Of a DNA stretch of 64,000 bases, positions 19,507 through 27,443 are shown piece by piece. The stretch lies in contig DNVR01000004.1 of the NCBI GenBank assembly GCA_003507445.1, positions 28,243 through 92,242 on the forward strand, in the 5' to 3' direction. The notes beneath the pieces were generated by a model. The model ran no database searches. It saw nothing but the letters and a program-made list of their open reading frames with translations, and was not told the DNA's origin. Position 1 is the stretch's first letter. Each line of letters begins with the position of its first letter. The position numbers and the translations under genes are program-made. Origin of the DNA: Candidatus Moraniibacteriota bacterium (lineage in GTDB: Bacteria; Patescibacteriota; Minisyncoccia; Moranbacterales; GWC2-37-73).

Positions 19507-20448
19507 TTAGCTTTGACTAATTTCTTTGATATTGTAATTCATCCTCTTTTGTCCTTTGTAATAATTCTTGAGCATAATATCGGCCAAAAGTCCGAACACA
19601 AAAAGTTGGATTCCGACAAGCACTAAGAAAATTCCCACCAATGGCCAGATTTTTTCTGAAAGTGATGCACCAAAGAAAATTTTCTCAACTACCATCCACA
19701 AAAGAACCACCGTTCCTACAAATGAAACAACGATTCCCGTTCCACCAAAAAGATGCAGCGGCCTGTTGGAATATTTGCGCCAAAACCAAATTGAAATCAT
19801 ATCCACAAAGCCCTTCATCCCACGCTTCCAGTTATATTTGGTCACGCCGTGCACGCGAGGATAATGATTTACCTTCACTTCGCCAATCTTATATCCCTGA
19901 AGCTCCAACAATGCTGGCATAAAACGATGCATTTCTCCAAAAAGATCCACATCTTCAAAACAATTTCTTTTGTATGCCTTCAAAGAGCAACCACTATCGT
20001 GAATTGTATCTTGAATTAAAATTTTTCGCAGCAAGTTAGCAGTACGCGAAAATATTTTTTTGCTTAAAGAATCTTTTCTCTTAAAACGCCAACCAGAAAC
20101 AACATCAAATCCTTCTTTCATTTTTTCCAAGAGAAGCCCGATGTCAGCAGGATCATTTTGCAAATCTCCATCCATTGTGATCACAACTTCTCCTTGTGCC
20201 TGTTTTATTCCAGCATCAAAAGCTGCGGTTTGTCCAAAATTTTTACGAAACTTGATTAAAGTAAGAGGAGTCAAGCCTTGGGCATTTTTAATTGTCTCAT
20301 CCTTAGAACCATCATCAATAAAAATAATTTCAAATGGCTTCCCCAGCTTTTCACAGGCATCCAAAATACGCTTGTGTAATTCTCTCACATTTCCTTCTTC
20401 ATTATAAAGTGGCACGACAACTGAGATAAACGGTTTTTGACCTTCCAT
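19507..20448 (-). CDS. GT2 polyprenyl-phosphate glycosyltransferase (DPM1/ArnC/GtrB-like) with C-terminal TM helices
   Basis: 313 aa. N-terminal GT-A signature ISVVVPLYNEEGN, IFIDDGSKD and TMDGDLQ (DXD) are present. Two C-terminal TM helices are typical of ArnC/GtrB-type lipid-phosphate sugar synthases. Confidence 0.75.
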   Translation of the reverse strand: MEGQKPFISVVVPLYNEEGNVRELHKRILDACEKLGKPFEIIFIDDGSKDETIKNAQGLTPLTLIKFRKNFGQTAAFDAGIKQAQGEVVITMDGDLQNDPADIGLLLEKMKEGFDVVSGWRFKRKDSLSKKIFSRTANLLRKILIQDTIHDSGCSLKAYKRNCFEDVDLFGEMHRFMPALLELQGYKIGEVKVNHYPRVHGVTKYNWKRGMKGFVDMISIWFWRKYSNRPLHLFGGTGIVVSFVGTVVLLWMVVEKIFFGASLSEKIWPLVGIFLVLVGIQLFVFGLLADIMLKNYYKGQKRMNYNIKEISQS

Positions 20449-20596
20449 AATTGTTTGATTTATTCAATATTTACCTATCCAGTATAACGTATTTTAGTTT
20501 TATGAGCAATATCCGCAGTTGTTGCTTTTCTTGAAAAAGGGTATAATAACAATGTTGAAATTTCTTTCAGCATTAAACATTAAAAAAATAAAAACA

Positions 20597-21022
20597 ATGA
20601 AGAAAAAACTCGTGGCAATTGCCCTTATGGTTGCATTTGCTTTCCCAGTGACGTTTGTTAGTGCAAACGAAACGACAACAACAACCGAAACAACCACGCA
20701 AGCAAAAAAACAACAACGACTCGCAGCAAACAAAGCTCGTCAGGCAGAAAGATTGGCAGCAATCAAAGCCAAACAAGAAGCAAAAAGATTAGCGCAAATT
20801 GCAAAAAAAGCCGCTCTTTTGAAAAAGCAGGAAGAAAAAAGATTAGCACAGCAAATCAAAAAAGCTGAGCGATTGAAAAAACAAGAAGCAAAAAGACTAG
20901 CAAAGGAAGCTAAAATTGCAGAAAGACAAAAAATCAAAGCAGAAAAACTTGCAGCAAAGGAAGCTAAAAAAGCAGCAAGATTAGCAGCGAAAGCATTGAG
21001 ATTATCTCAAAAAGTACAATAG
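20597..21022 (+). CDS. secreted Lys/Ala-rich repeat (coiled-coil) protein
   Basis: Signal peptide MKKKLVAIALMVAFAFPVTFVSA, followed by repeats of the K(K/Q)QE(A/E)KRLA type. The track start 20519 is probably upstream of the true start; I chose ATG 20597. Confidence 0.5.
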   Translation: MKKKLVAIALMVAFAFPVTFVSANETTTTTETTTQAKKQQRLAANKARQAERLAAIKAKQEAKRLAQIAKKAALLKKQEEKRLAQQIKKAERLKKQEAKRLAKEAKIAERQKIKAEKLAAKEAKKAARLAAKALRLSQKVQ

Positions 21023-21052
21023 TAACAACGCAAAAAATAACATAGCAAAAAC

Positions 21053-21092
21053 TTCAAAAAACTGCTACACTTACTCTGTAGCAGTTTTTATA
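21053..21092 (+). terminator. rho-independent terminator
   Basis: Stem ACTGCTACA / TGTAGCAGT with loop CTTACTC, followed by a T-run, downstream of the 21022 stop. Confidence 0.6.
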
Positions 21093-21101
21093 ATCCGTGT
21101 T

Positions 21102-21175
21102 GTGTCATTCCCTTGAAAAAGGGAATCTAGGTCCGCATTTAAACCTGGATTCCCGCCTCCGCGGGAATGACAAAG
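21102..21175. repeat. GC-rich nested-hairpin element (gtcattccc...gggaatgac family)
   Basis: tgtcattcccttgaaaaagggaat ... attcccgcctccgcgggaatgaca. The outer termini pair and two internal hairpins are present. Related copies are at 24138-24178, 32893-32985 and 62792-62882. Confidence 0.55.
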
Positions 21176-21180
21176 TGGAA

Positions 21181-22677
21181 ATGATTAAATTGATTCAGTA
21201 TAAAAAAATGATATCAAAAACAAAAATAATCACACTAATAATTTTTTTCTCATTCCTGATAACGCCACTAACCGAGGTGCGCGCTTCTCTTTCTGATGAC
21301 GCCAATGCTTATGAAAAATATCCGCTATACAGCAAATATGAAAAAAAACAAAAATACGACAAATACAAAAAATTCCTGAAAGCCAAAGAGCAATCAGGTC
21401 TCGACACTGAAGCCAAAAGAGTTCAAGCCAAGGATGGCTATGCCAAATATAAACTTTATTTAAAAGACAAAGCAAAAAACAGAGCCTACGCAGTCTATCT
21501 TTCCCAATATAATGCCTACAAAAAATATAAAAAATATTCTGATTACAAGAAATATAAAAAATACAAGAAATACAACAAGAAAGAATACGACAAATACAAA
21601 AAATACGGTTCCCAAAGTTATAAGGACGGATACAATCGATACAAAGTTTTTATGGCTGACATTGATAATGTTACTACCAACCGAGGCCCAGAAATTAAAG
21701 TAGGGCTTTGGAGTTCAAATACGACCGATCTTGCTGCCAATCCGTTCAAAATAACAGCCAACAAAGCTTTCCGCGTAACAAATTGCGCAGGAACCGTTGT
21801 TGCTCCTTCAATTGCAATCGGACAAAATGTCAGAGTTTCATATGCAGGAGATGGAATCTTAAATGCATACAATTCAGATCCTTTGATTTTGGCCAACGCT
21901 AATGTTGGGGATAAAATTTGTTTTGATGCAGTTGACGGAAACAATTTGGATATGATTTTTGATGTTAACAGACCGCTTCTTTATGATGGCGATTCAGGAT
22001 CAGGATATGATCAATATAGAGGCAAGATTAAAATTCAGCACAGTCTTGATCCTAATCTTCCAAATGATGGAAATGCAAATTGCAGTTTGTATCAAGATGC
22101 AACTTTCCCAGCTTGGGATCCGGAAAATGCTTGCCGACGAGTTTGGGTAATCAACGAATTGCCACTGGAATTGTATTTATGGGGTTATGGAGAAATGAGC
22201 ACCGGTGGAATTGAGCATTTGGCAAAAACAATGATGGTCGCCGCTCGCTCATATGCTCGTTGGTGGGTTGAATATGCCACCAAGTGGGATATGGCTGGTT
22301 TCGATTTGATTGCCAGCCCTGTTAATCAAATTTACAACGGATATGACTATGAACTGACACATTCATTCATTCCAGATGCAGCGCAAAAAACCAATGGAAT
22401 TATAATGAAATATGGCAGCGACATTGTTTTGGGTGCATATTGCAGCAACACCGACGGTCGAACCAAAAGCGCGCTAGAAGCTTGGGGACTTTCAAATCAT
22501 CCATATTTGCAATCAGTAGCAGATCCATATGGCGCAATTTCCAACCCTAGCGCTGGCAATCATATGGTTGGACTTTCAGCCAACGGAGCAAGAGTTCTTG
22601 CCAGCGATCATTCTTGGCAATGGACCCGCATCCTCAGCTACTACTATTCCGGTATAAACATCGTCAAAGAATACTAA
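21181..22677 (+). CDS. SpoIID/LytB-domain protein with Lys/Tyr-rich N-terminal low-complexity region
   Basis: Signal peptide, then KY-rich repeats (YKKYKKYSDYKKYKKYKKYNKKEYDKYKKY). The C-terminal domain carries LELYLWGYGEMSTGGIEHLAKTMMVAARSYA and GNHMVGLSANGARVLAS...ILSYYYSG, matching SpoIID signatures. The track start 21097 translates the upstream repeat element; I chose ATG 21181, with 21208 as an alternative. Confidence 0.7.
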   Translation: MIKLIQYKKMISKTKIITLIIFFSFLITPLTEVRASLSDDANAYEKYPLYSKYEKKQKYDKYKKFLKAKEQSGLDTEAKRVQAKDGYAKYKLYLKDKAKNRAYAVYLSQYNAYKKYKKYSDYKKYKKYKKYNKKEYDKYKKYGSQSYKDGYNRYKVFMADIDNVTTNRGPEIKVGLWSSNTTDLAANPFKITANKAFRVTNCAGTVVAPSIAIGQNVRVSYAGDGILNAYNSDPLILANANVGDKICFDAVDGNNLDMIFDVNRPLLYDGDSGSGYDQYRGKIKIQHSLDPNLPNDGNANCSLYQDATFPAWDPENACRRVWVINELPLELYLWGYGEMSTGGIEHLAKTMMVAARSYARWWVEYATKWDMAGFDLIASPVNQIYNGYDYELTHSFIPDAAQKTNGIIMKYGSDIVLGAYCSNTDGRTKSALEAWGLSNHPYLQSVADPYGAISNPSAGNHMVGLSANGARVLASDHSWQWTRILSYYYSGINIVKEY

Positions 22678-22719
22678 TTTCATATAATTCGCAACATACA
22701 ACCAACAACTCACAACATA

Positions 22720-22797
22720 CAACATATAACATATAGCATATAACATACAAAAAAACGAGATTGTTTTTAGTTGGTATTTCTGTTATATGCTATATGC
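22720..22797. repeat. AT-rich inverted-repeat element (same family as 16814-16900)
   Basis: 16-bp perfect arms catatagcatataaca (22730-22745) and tgttatatgctatatg (22781-22796), with a 35-nt spacer. It is preceded by an acaacatacaac-type simple repeat. Confidence 0.5.
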
Positions 22798-22800
22798 TCC

Positions 22801-23403
22801 ATGAAAATTATGTCTCTTCCCCCTAAAGCCCCTCTTATCATCTTCGGTCTGGCTATTGTCATTCTTTCTGTTTTGGCGTTTCCTGTTTTGAAATCTCGCT
22901 ATTTTTCTGCTGAGCAAAAAAATGAGGCCAATGAAATTATCTCAGAAGAAACAACGACTCCTGAATCTCTTGACGAAACAAGCGAAGCTGAATTTGAAGA
23001 TGATGAAACAATTGATCTTGAAGAAGAAGACGAAACTGACGATATTTCAGATGATCTTGAAGACGAAGATATTGACGAAGAAGACTTGGATGACACACTC
23101 ATCATTGAAGATAACAGTTTTTTGGAAATTTTATCCTCCGATTGCAAAAATGGTTGCAAGGATTTTGAAGAAGCCGAAGACATTCAATATTGCAAACAAT
23201 ATTGTGGTCTTGTCAGCACGCCGAAAACATCCGACGGCTGCAACAAATTTGAAGACTTGGAAAGAGACTATTGTTTCAAAGAAGAAGCGATTGAAAAAAG
23301 AGACGGTAAAATCTGCAACGAAATCCAGGATGATGGCATCAAAAAATCCTGCTTCAATCGCATTACCGAAGACATCCTAGACGCACCACAATCAGCAGAG
23401 TAA
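22801..23403 (+). CDS. membrane-anchored acidic protein with Cys-rich C-terminal domain (hypothetical)
   Basis: One TM helix (LIIFGLAIVILSVLAF), a D/E-rich linker, and a C-terminus with 8 Cys. The start was moved to ATG 22801 because 22771-22800 is the repeat arm. Confidence 0.45.
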   Translation: MKIMSLPPKAPLIIFGLAIVILSVLAFPVLKSRYFSAEQKNEANEIISEETTTPESLDETSEAEFEDDETIDLEEEDETDDISDDLEDEDIDEEDLDDTLIIEDNSFLEILSSDCKNGCKDFEEAEDIQYCKQYCGLVSTPKTSDGCNKFEDLERDYCFKEEAIEKRDGKICNEIQDDGIKKSCFNRITEDILDAPQSAE

Positions 23404-23451
23404 GGCATACAAAATCTTGCTTTTCTTTTATCTGTAAGTTAAAGTTAATCA

Positions 23452-24135
23452 ATGGAAACAATTTCAAAAAAAATTTTCGTCCTTATCCCCGCTTTCAATG
23501 AAGAAACGGTTATTCGCGAAGTGATAACTGAAATCAGAAAGGCTGGATATGAAAATATTATTGTTGTTGACGATGGCAGCGCAGACAACACGCAAATTGC
23601 AGCCCAAAAAGAAATTGGCGTGATTTCACTGCGCCATTCCATCAATCGAGGCAAAGGAGCTGCAGTCAAAACAGGCATCGAGGCTGCCAAAATGCTTGGG
23701 GCTGACATTGTGGTTACTATTGACGGCGACGGACAACATAATCCTGATGATATTGCAAAAATGCTAGAGCTCATTGAGCAAGGAAACGATGTGGTGCTCG
23801 GATCGCGACTCAAAAATCCAAAAGGAATGCCTCTTTGGAAAATCGCTGCCAATCATTTCGGTAATTTTTGCACTTGGGCTATTTATGGACTCTGGGTCAC
23901 AGATAGTCAATCCGGTTTTCGCGCTTATTCCAAAAAAGCACTTGAATTAATAGATACCAAAACTGATCGCTACGAATATGACAGCGAAGTCATTAGAGAA
24001 ATTTATAGAAACAAGCTAAAGTTTATTGAAACACCTATTGAGGTTCGATACACAGAATATTCAATGAATAAAGTTCATAAAATGAATCTGAAAAACGGAT
24101 TCAAAACCTTGATCAAGATGATGATATCCGGATAA
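23452..24135 (+). CDS. GT2 glycosyltransferase, DPM1-like (soluble form)
   Basis: 227 aa with IFVLIPAFNEE, VVDDGSAD and TIDGDGQH (DXD). It has no C-terminal TM helices. Confidence 0.75.
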   Translation: METISKKIFVLIPAFNEETVIREVITEIRKAGYENIIVVDDGSADNTQIAAQKEIGVISLRHSINRGKGAAVKTGIEAAKMLGADIVVTIDGDGQHNPDDIAKMLELIEQGNDVVLGSRLKNPKGMPLWKIAANHFGNFCTWAIYGLWVTDSQSGFRAYSKKALELIDTKTDRYEYDSEVIREIYRNKLKFIETPIEVRYTEYSMNKVHKMNLKNGFKTLIKMMISG

Positions 24136-24137
24136 AT

Positions 24138-24178
24138 CCCCCACTTGTCATTCCCGCGGAGGCGGGAATCCAGACCTG
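24138..24178. repeat. truncated copy of GC-rich element (reverse orientation of 21102-21175 right half)
   Basis: tgtcattcccgcggaggcgggaatccag is identical to the reverse complement of 21147-21174. Confidence 0.5.
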
Positions 24179-24236
24179 TATTAAATTTAATAAACTTTAT
24201 AACTTTACAACTTTAAACTTTATAACTTCTACCTAT

Positions 24237-24593
24237 ATGGAACTAGTTTTTTTCTTCAGAATTGCAATGACCGCTGTGGCTTGCGGCTTTTTGTTTAACG
24301 CTTGGTTAAAATTTATCCGCCGCGAAAATTCTCAGACCATTTTCAAGCTTTTTGCCAACAATTTAATTTGGATCGGAATTATTGTTTTTTCACTTTTTCC
24401 ACAAGCAACTCATAACATCTCTCAAAAACTCGGTTTCGGGGAGAGCCTCAACACATTTATATTTATCGGTTTTGTTGTTGTTTTTATGATTATTTTTAAA
24501 ATAATCACAATGATTGAACGCATTGAAAAAAACATCTCAGAAATGGTTCGGAACGAAAGTTTAAACCCAATCAAAAACAATCAACCAAAATGA
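24237..24593 (+). CDS. DUF2304-like small membrane protein
   Basis: 118 aa with 3-4 TM helices, located immediately downstream of a DPM1-like GT2. This is the characteristic context for DUF2304. Confidence 0.5.
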   Translation: MELVFFFRIAMTAVACGFLFNAWLKFIRRENSQTIFKLFANNLIWIGIIVFSLFPQATHNISQKLGFGESLNTFIFIGFVVVFMIIFKIITMIERIEKNISEMVRNESLNPIKNNQPK

Positions 24594-25645
24594 CTAGCGA
24601 AAACAACCAGCGAATTGCGGTTTTGATTTTGGGATATAATGATGAAAACAATCTTATTGAAGCTATTGATTCATCCCTAAATCAAACTTACGAAAATTTC
24701 AATGTTATATACATCGACAACGCATCCACCGATGCGTCTTTGTCTATTGTGAAAAAAAATTATCCCAATCTTGAAACAATTGCGTACGAAAAAAATCTGG
24801 GCTATGCCGGCGCTTATGCGAAAGTTTTAAAAGAAACGTTTAAAAAAAATTATGACGCCGCCGTGCTCCTTAACTCAGATGTTATTGTGGACAAAAATTG
24901 GCTCAAGGAGCTTGTCGCCTCGGCCTATGTCAGCGAAGAAATTGCCATCGCTCAACCAAAAATATTTTTGGCCGGCGAAAACAAAGACTTGGCCAACACT
25001 TTTGGAAATAAGATAAATTATCTCGGTTTTGGTTTTTGCGGACACTACAAAAAAACAGACAGCGATGAATTTAACAACGACCAAGAAATTGTTTCTGCCA
25101 GCGGTGCCAGTTTGCTTGTCAAAAAAGAAGCGTATGAAAAAATCGGGGGCTTGGATGAAAAATTCTTTGCATATCTTGAAGATCAAGATCTTTCTTGGCG
25201 CGCGCAAATGTTGGGATATAAAATTATGCTTTCTGCCAAATCAAAAATGTGGCACAAATATGTCTTTGCCAAAAACGCCCGCAATAATTGGAAATTTTTC
25301 ACTTTAGAGCGAAATCGACTCTATTTTCTGTTCAAAAATTATTCCGCCAAAACTCTGTTTTTGCTTGCCCCAATGTTTTTCGTGATGGAAATCGGGATTT
25401 TGGCTGATTCCCTCTCCAAGGGCTATTTCTTTGATAAAATTCGGTCCTACAAGGCTTTTTTATCCAATTTTGGTCAAATATACCGGTCTCGCCAAATCGT
25501 TCAGCAATGCCGCCAATTGCCCGACAGTGAGCTTTTCAAGAAGCTTAATCCAACAGTAGAATTTGAAGAAATAAACTCCCCCGCCCTTCGTCTAGCAAAC
25601 ATATTATTAAAAACATATTACAATTTAATCAAACCATTTATTTAA
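24590..25645 (+). CDS. GT2 glycosyltransferase (rhamnosyl/galactofuranosyl-transferase-like)
   Basis: 351 aa with IAVLILGYNDENN, YIDNASTD and LEDQDL (DXD-like). A 4-nt ATGA overlap with the upstream gene indicates translational coupling. Confidence 0.7.
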   Translation: MTSENNQRIAVLILGYNDENNLIEAIDSSLNQTYENFNVIYIDNASTDASLSIVKKNYPNLETIAYEKNLGYAGAYAKVLKETFKKNYDAAVLLNSDVIVDKNWLKELVASAYVSEEIAIAQPKIFLAGENKDLANTFGNKINYLGFGFCGHYKKTDSDEFNNDQEIVSASGASLLVKKEAYEKIGGLDEKFFAYLEDQDLSWRAQMLGYKIMLSAKSKMWHKYVFAKNARNNWKFFTLERNRLYFLFKNYSAKTLFLLAPMFFVMEIGILADSLSKGYFFDKIRSYKAFLSNFGQIYRSRQIVQQCRQLPDSELFKKLNPTVEFEEINSPALRLANILLKTYYNLIKPFI

Positions 25646-25712
25646 TAAATTATTCATTAAATCATTAGGATTTGATTAAAAATTTAAAATTTAAAATTTA
25701 AAATTACCTATT

Positions 25713-26090
25713 ATGTTCTACGTCATCCTCTACACCATCTTATTTTCACTTGTCACGGTCATTTCAATTTTACTGACCGGTTCACGCTCTTTCATCAGCG
25801 GTTCCAATTTAACTCCAATGGCAATTATCAAAATGCTTTTTGATTGGCATTTTCTTTTGGGAGCCACTTTCGCTTTTGCAGCAAGATTATTTTTTATTAT
25901 GATCAACAACAGCCTACTCAAAATTCCAGACCTTGCAGGCAGTTCAACCACAGTCACAACCTTCATCACATCAATTGCAATGGTTTTTGTTATAATCGCC
26001 AATTATTACTTTTTAGGCGAAAAAATAAACACTACCCAAGGCGTGGGAGTGTTTGTAATTTTGTTTGGAATTTTTCTAATAACTCGCTAA
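25713..26090 (+). CDS. small 4-TM SMR/EamA-like membrane protein (ArnE/GtrA-type flippase candidate)
   Basis: 125 aa with four hydrophobic segments. Its size and context match lipid-linked sugar flippase subunits. Confidence 0.45.
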   Translation: MFYVILYTILFSLVTVISILLTGSRSFISGSNLTPMAIIKMLFDWHFLLGATFAFAARLFFIMINNSLLKIPDLAGSSTTVTTFITSIAMVFVIIANYYFLGEKINTTQGVGVFVILFGIFLITR

Positions 26091-27415
26091 TATCGAATTA
26101 TAAAATTTTTACTCCAGTCAAGAAACAAAATAATCATACTTATAATTGGAAACACACTGTAAACCAACAGGTGTTTTTTTATTTCAATTCCACTGTCCAA
26201 TCTTATTTTGTTTATCAAAATAACCAAAAATACCGAGCAAACAAAAAGCACTCTGTTGGCTGAAGCATACATCGTTGGAGACACCCACATTAAAAGCATA
26301 GTAGAAATTCCTGCTGAAAAAATCAAAGCATTCATAATCTTTTTTTCATCGATTTTTATCAGAGAATAAATCAGCACTATCAAATACAAGCTCCAAAAAA
26401 CATACAGTGCAGGATTGTCTATGGTTTTACTTTTGCCAAAATCAAAAAGCAAATCATCAAAATTTTTCAAACCCTTAATCAAAACCAACCCGATTGGAAA
26501 AGCAACTAGCAATTCTAGAACATAATTTCTTTTCCCAAATTTTTTGAAATAAGCGTAGCAAGTTGAAATTCCAAGCAAAGCAAGCAAATACCATTGCTGC
26601 GAAAATAATTTTGTGAAAAGCCAAACCACATTTCTTTCCAAACGCGTCATCATTGATATTTCATTAAAATCAGGATACCATCTTCCAATTTCAGCGTGAT
26701 AACGAATTGAATTTCCCGGTGCCAAAAAAACTACCAAAAGCAATGCGACCACAAGAGACAGAAAGATGTAGACTTCCTTGGGAACATTTACTTTTTTTAT
26801 TTTTGCCCAAACAATAAACAAAACGGAGAATGCCAACAAAATCAAACCTATTTGCTCATTTGCTAAAACTGCAAAAACAACAGCTCCGCCATATATATAG
26901 TGCATATACAATCTTTTTTCTCTTTCTTGTCTAAAGAATATATCTGCCAAAGGAATCAAAGCAAAAAGTCCGGTAGCCGCAGGCCACAAATAATTAGGTG
27001 CTCCGTGAAAAGCAAAAGTTGAACTCGTAAGGACGCGATGACCAATAAGACCAAGCGTCGCAAGCACAAACAAAAAATCAACAATGCCAACCTTCTTTTT
27101 AAAAATCCTATTTATCGAATATGCAAGCAAAAAAATCATCAGGACATTCAAAAATTTCCAGATGTTAAGATTCATCTTAACCAAAAAATATATCGCCGAT
27201 TCTGCCCCAATCCTGCTACTCCAAGTATTATATCTTTCAATAATAAATCCGGTATAACTCATGCTCTGAGCTTTTTCAAGAAAAATTGTATCATCAGAAT
27301 TAGGAACTAAAATTATCGGTTTTTGAAAAAGAAAAATAGCAATGCCTAAGAAAACCAAAACCAAAAAATTAACGGTTACTATTTTTTTAAACATTCCAAA
27401 ATTTAATTTCGACAT
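26087..27415 (-). CDS. polytopic membrane protein, unknown (Wzy/EpsG-like polymerase or GT-C candidate)
   Basis: 442 aa with at least 10 TM helices and no soluble domain. I recognised no specific motif. Confidence 0.35.
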   Translation of the reverse strand: MSKLNFGMFKKIVTVNFLVLVFLGIAIFLFQKPIILVPNSDDTIFLEKAQSMSYTGFIIERYNTWSSRIGAESAIYFLVKMNLNIWKFLNVLMIFLLAYSINRIFKKKVGIVDFLFVLATLGLIGHRVLTSSTFAFHGAPNYLWPAATGLFALIPLADIFFRQEREKRLYMHYIYGGAVVFAVLANEQIGLILLAFSVLFIVWAKIKKVNVPKEVYIFLSLVVALLLVVFLAPGNSIRYHAEIGRWYPDFNEISMMTRLERNVVWLFTKLFSQQWYLLALLGISTCYAYFKKFGKRNYVLELLVAFPIGLVLIKGLKNFDDLLFDFGKSKTIDNPALYVFWSLYLIVLIYSLIKIDEKKIMNALIFSAGISTMLLMWVSPTMYASANRVLFVCSVFLVILINKIRLDSGIEIKKHLLVYSVFPIISMIILFLDWSKNFIIRY

Positions 27416-27443
27416 GATTATTTCAAATTAATTAAATAAAACA

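Noticed and set aside
19123-19520. Three overlapping ORFs of 95-123 aa in the GT2-ugd gap.
   Set aside because: They overlap each other in different frames. They are low-complexity (Ser/Leu/Arg-rich) and lack Shine-Dalgarno sequences. The region is better explained by dense perfect hairpins, so it is reported as a candidate structured RNA.
21097-21180. N-terminal 28 aa (MLCHSLEKGNLGPHLNLDSRLRGNDKVE) of the track ORF for the SpoIID protein.
   Set aside because: This segment is a translation of the GC-rich palindromic repeat element. A proper signal peptide starts at the internal ATG 21181/21208.
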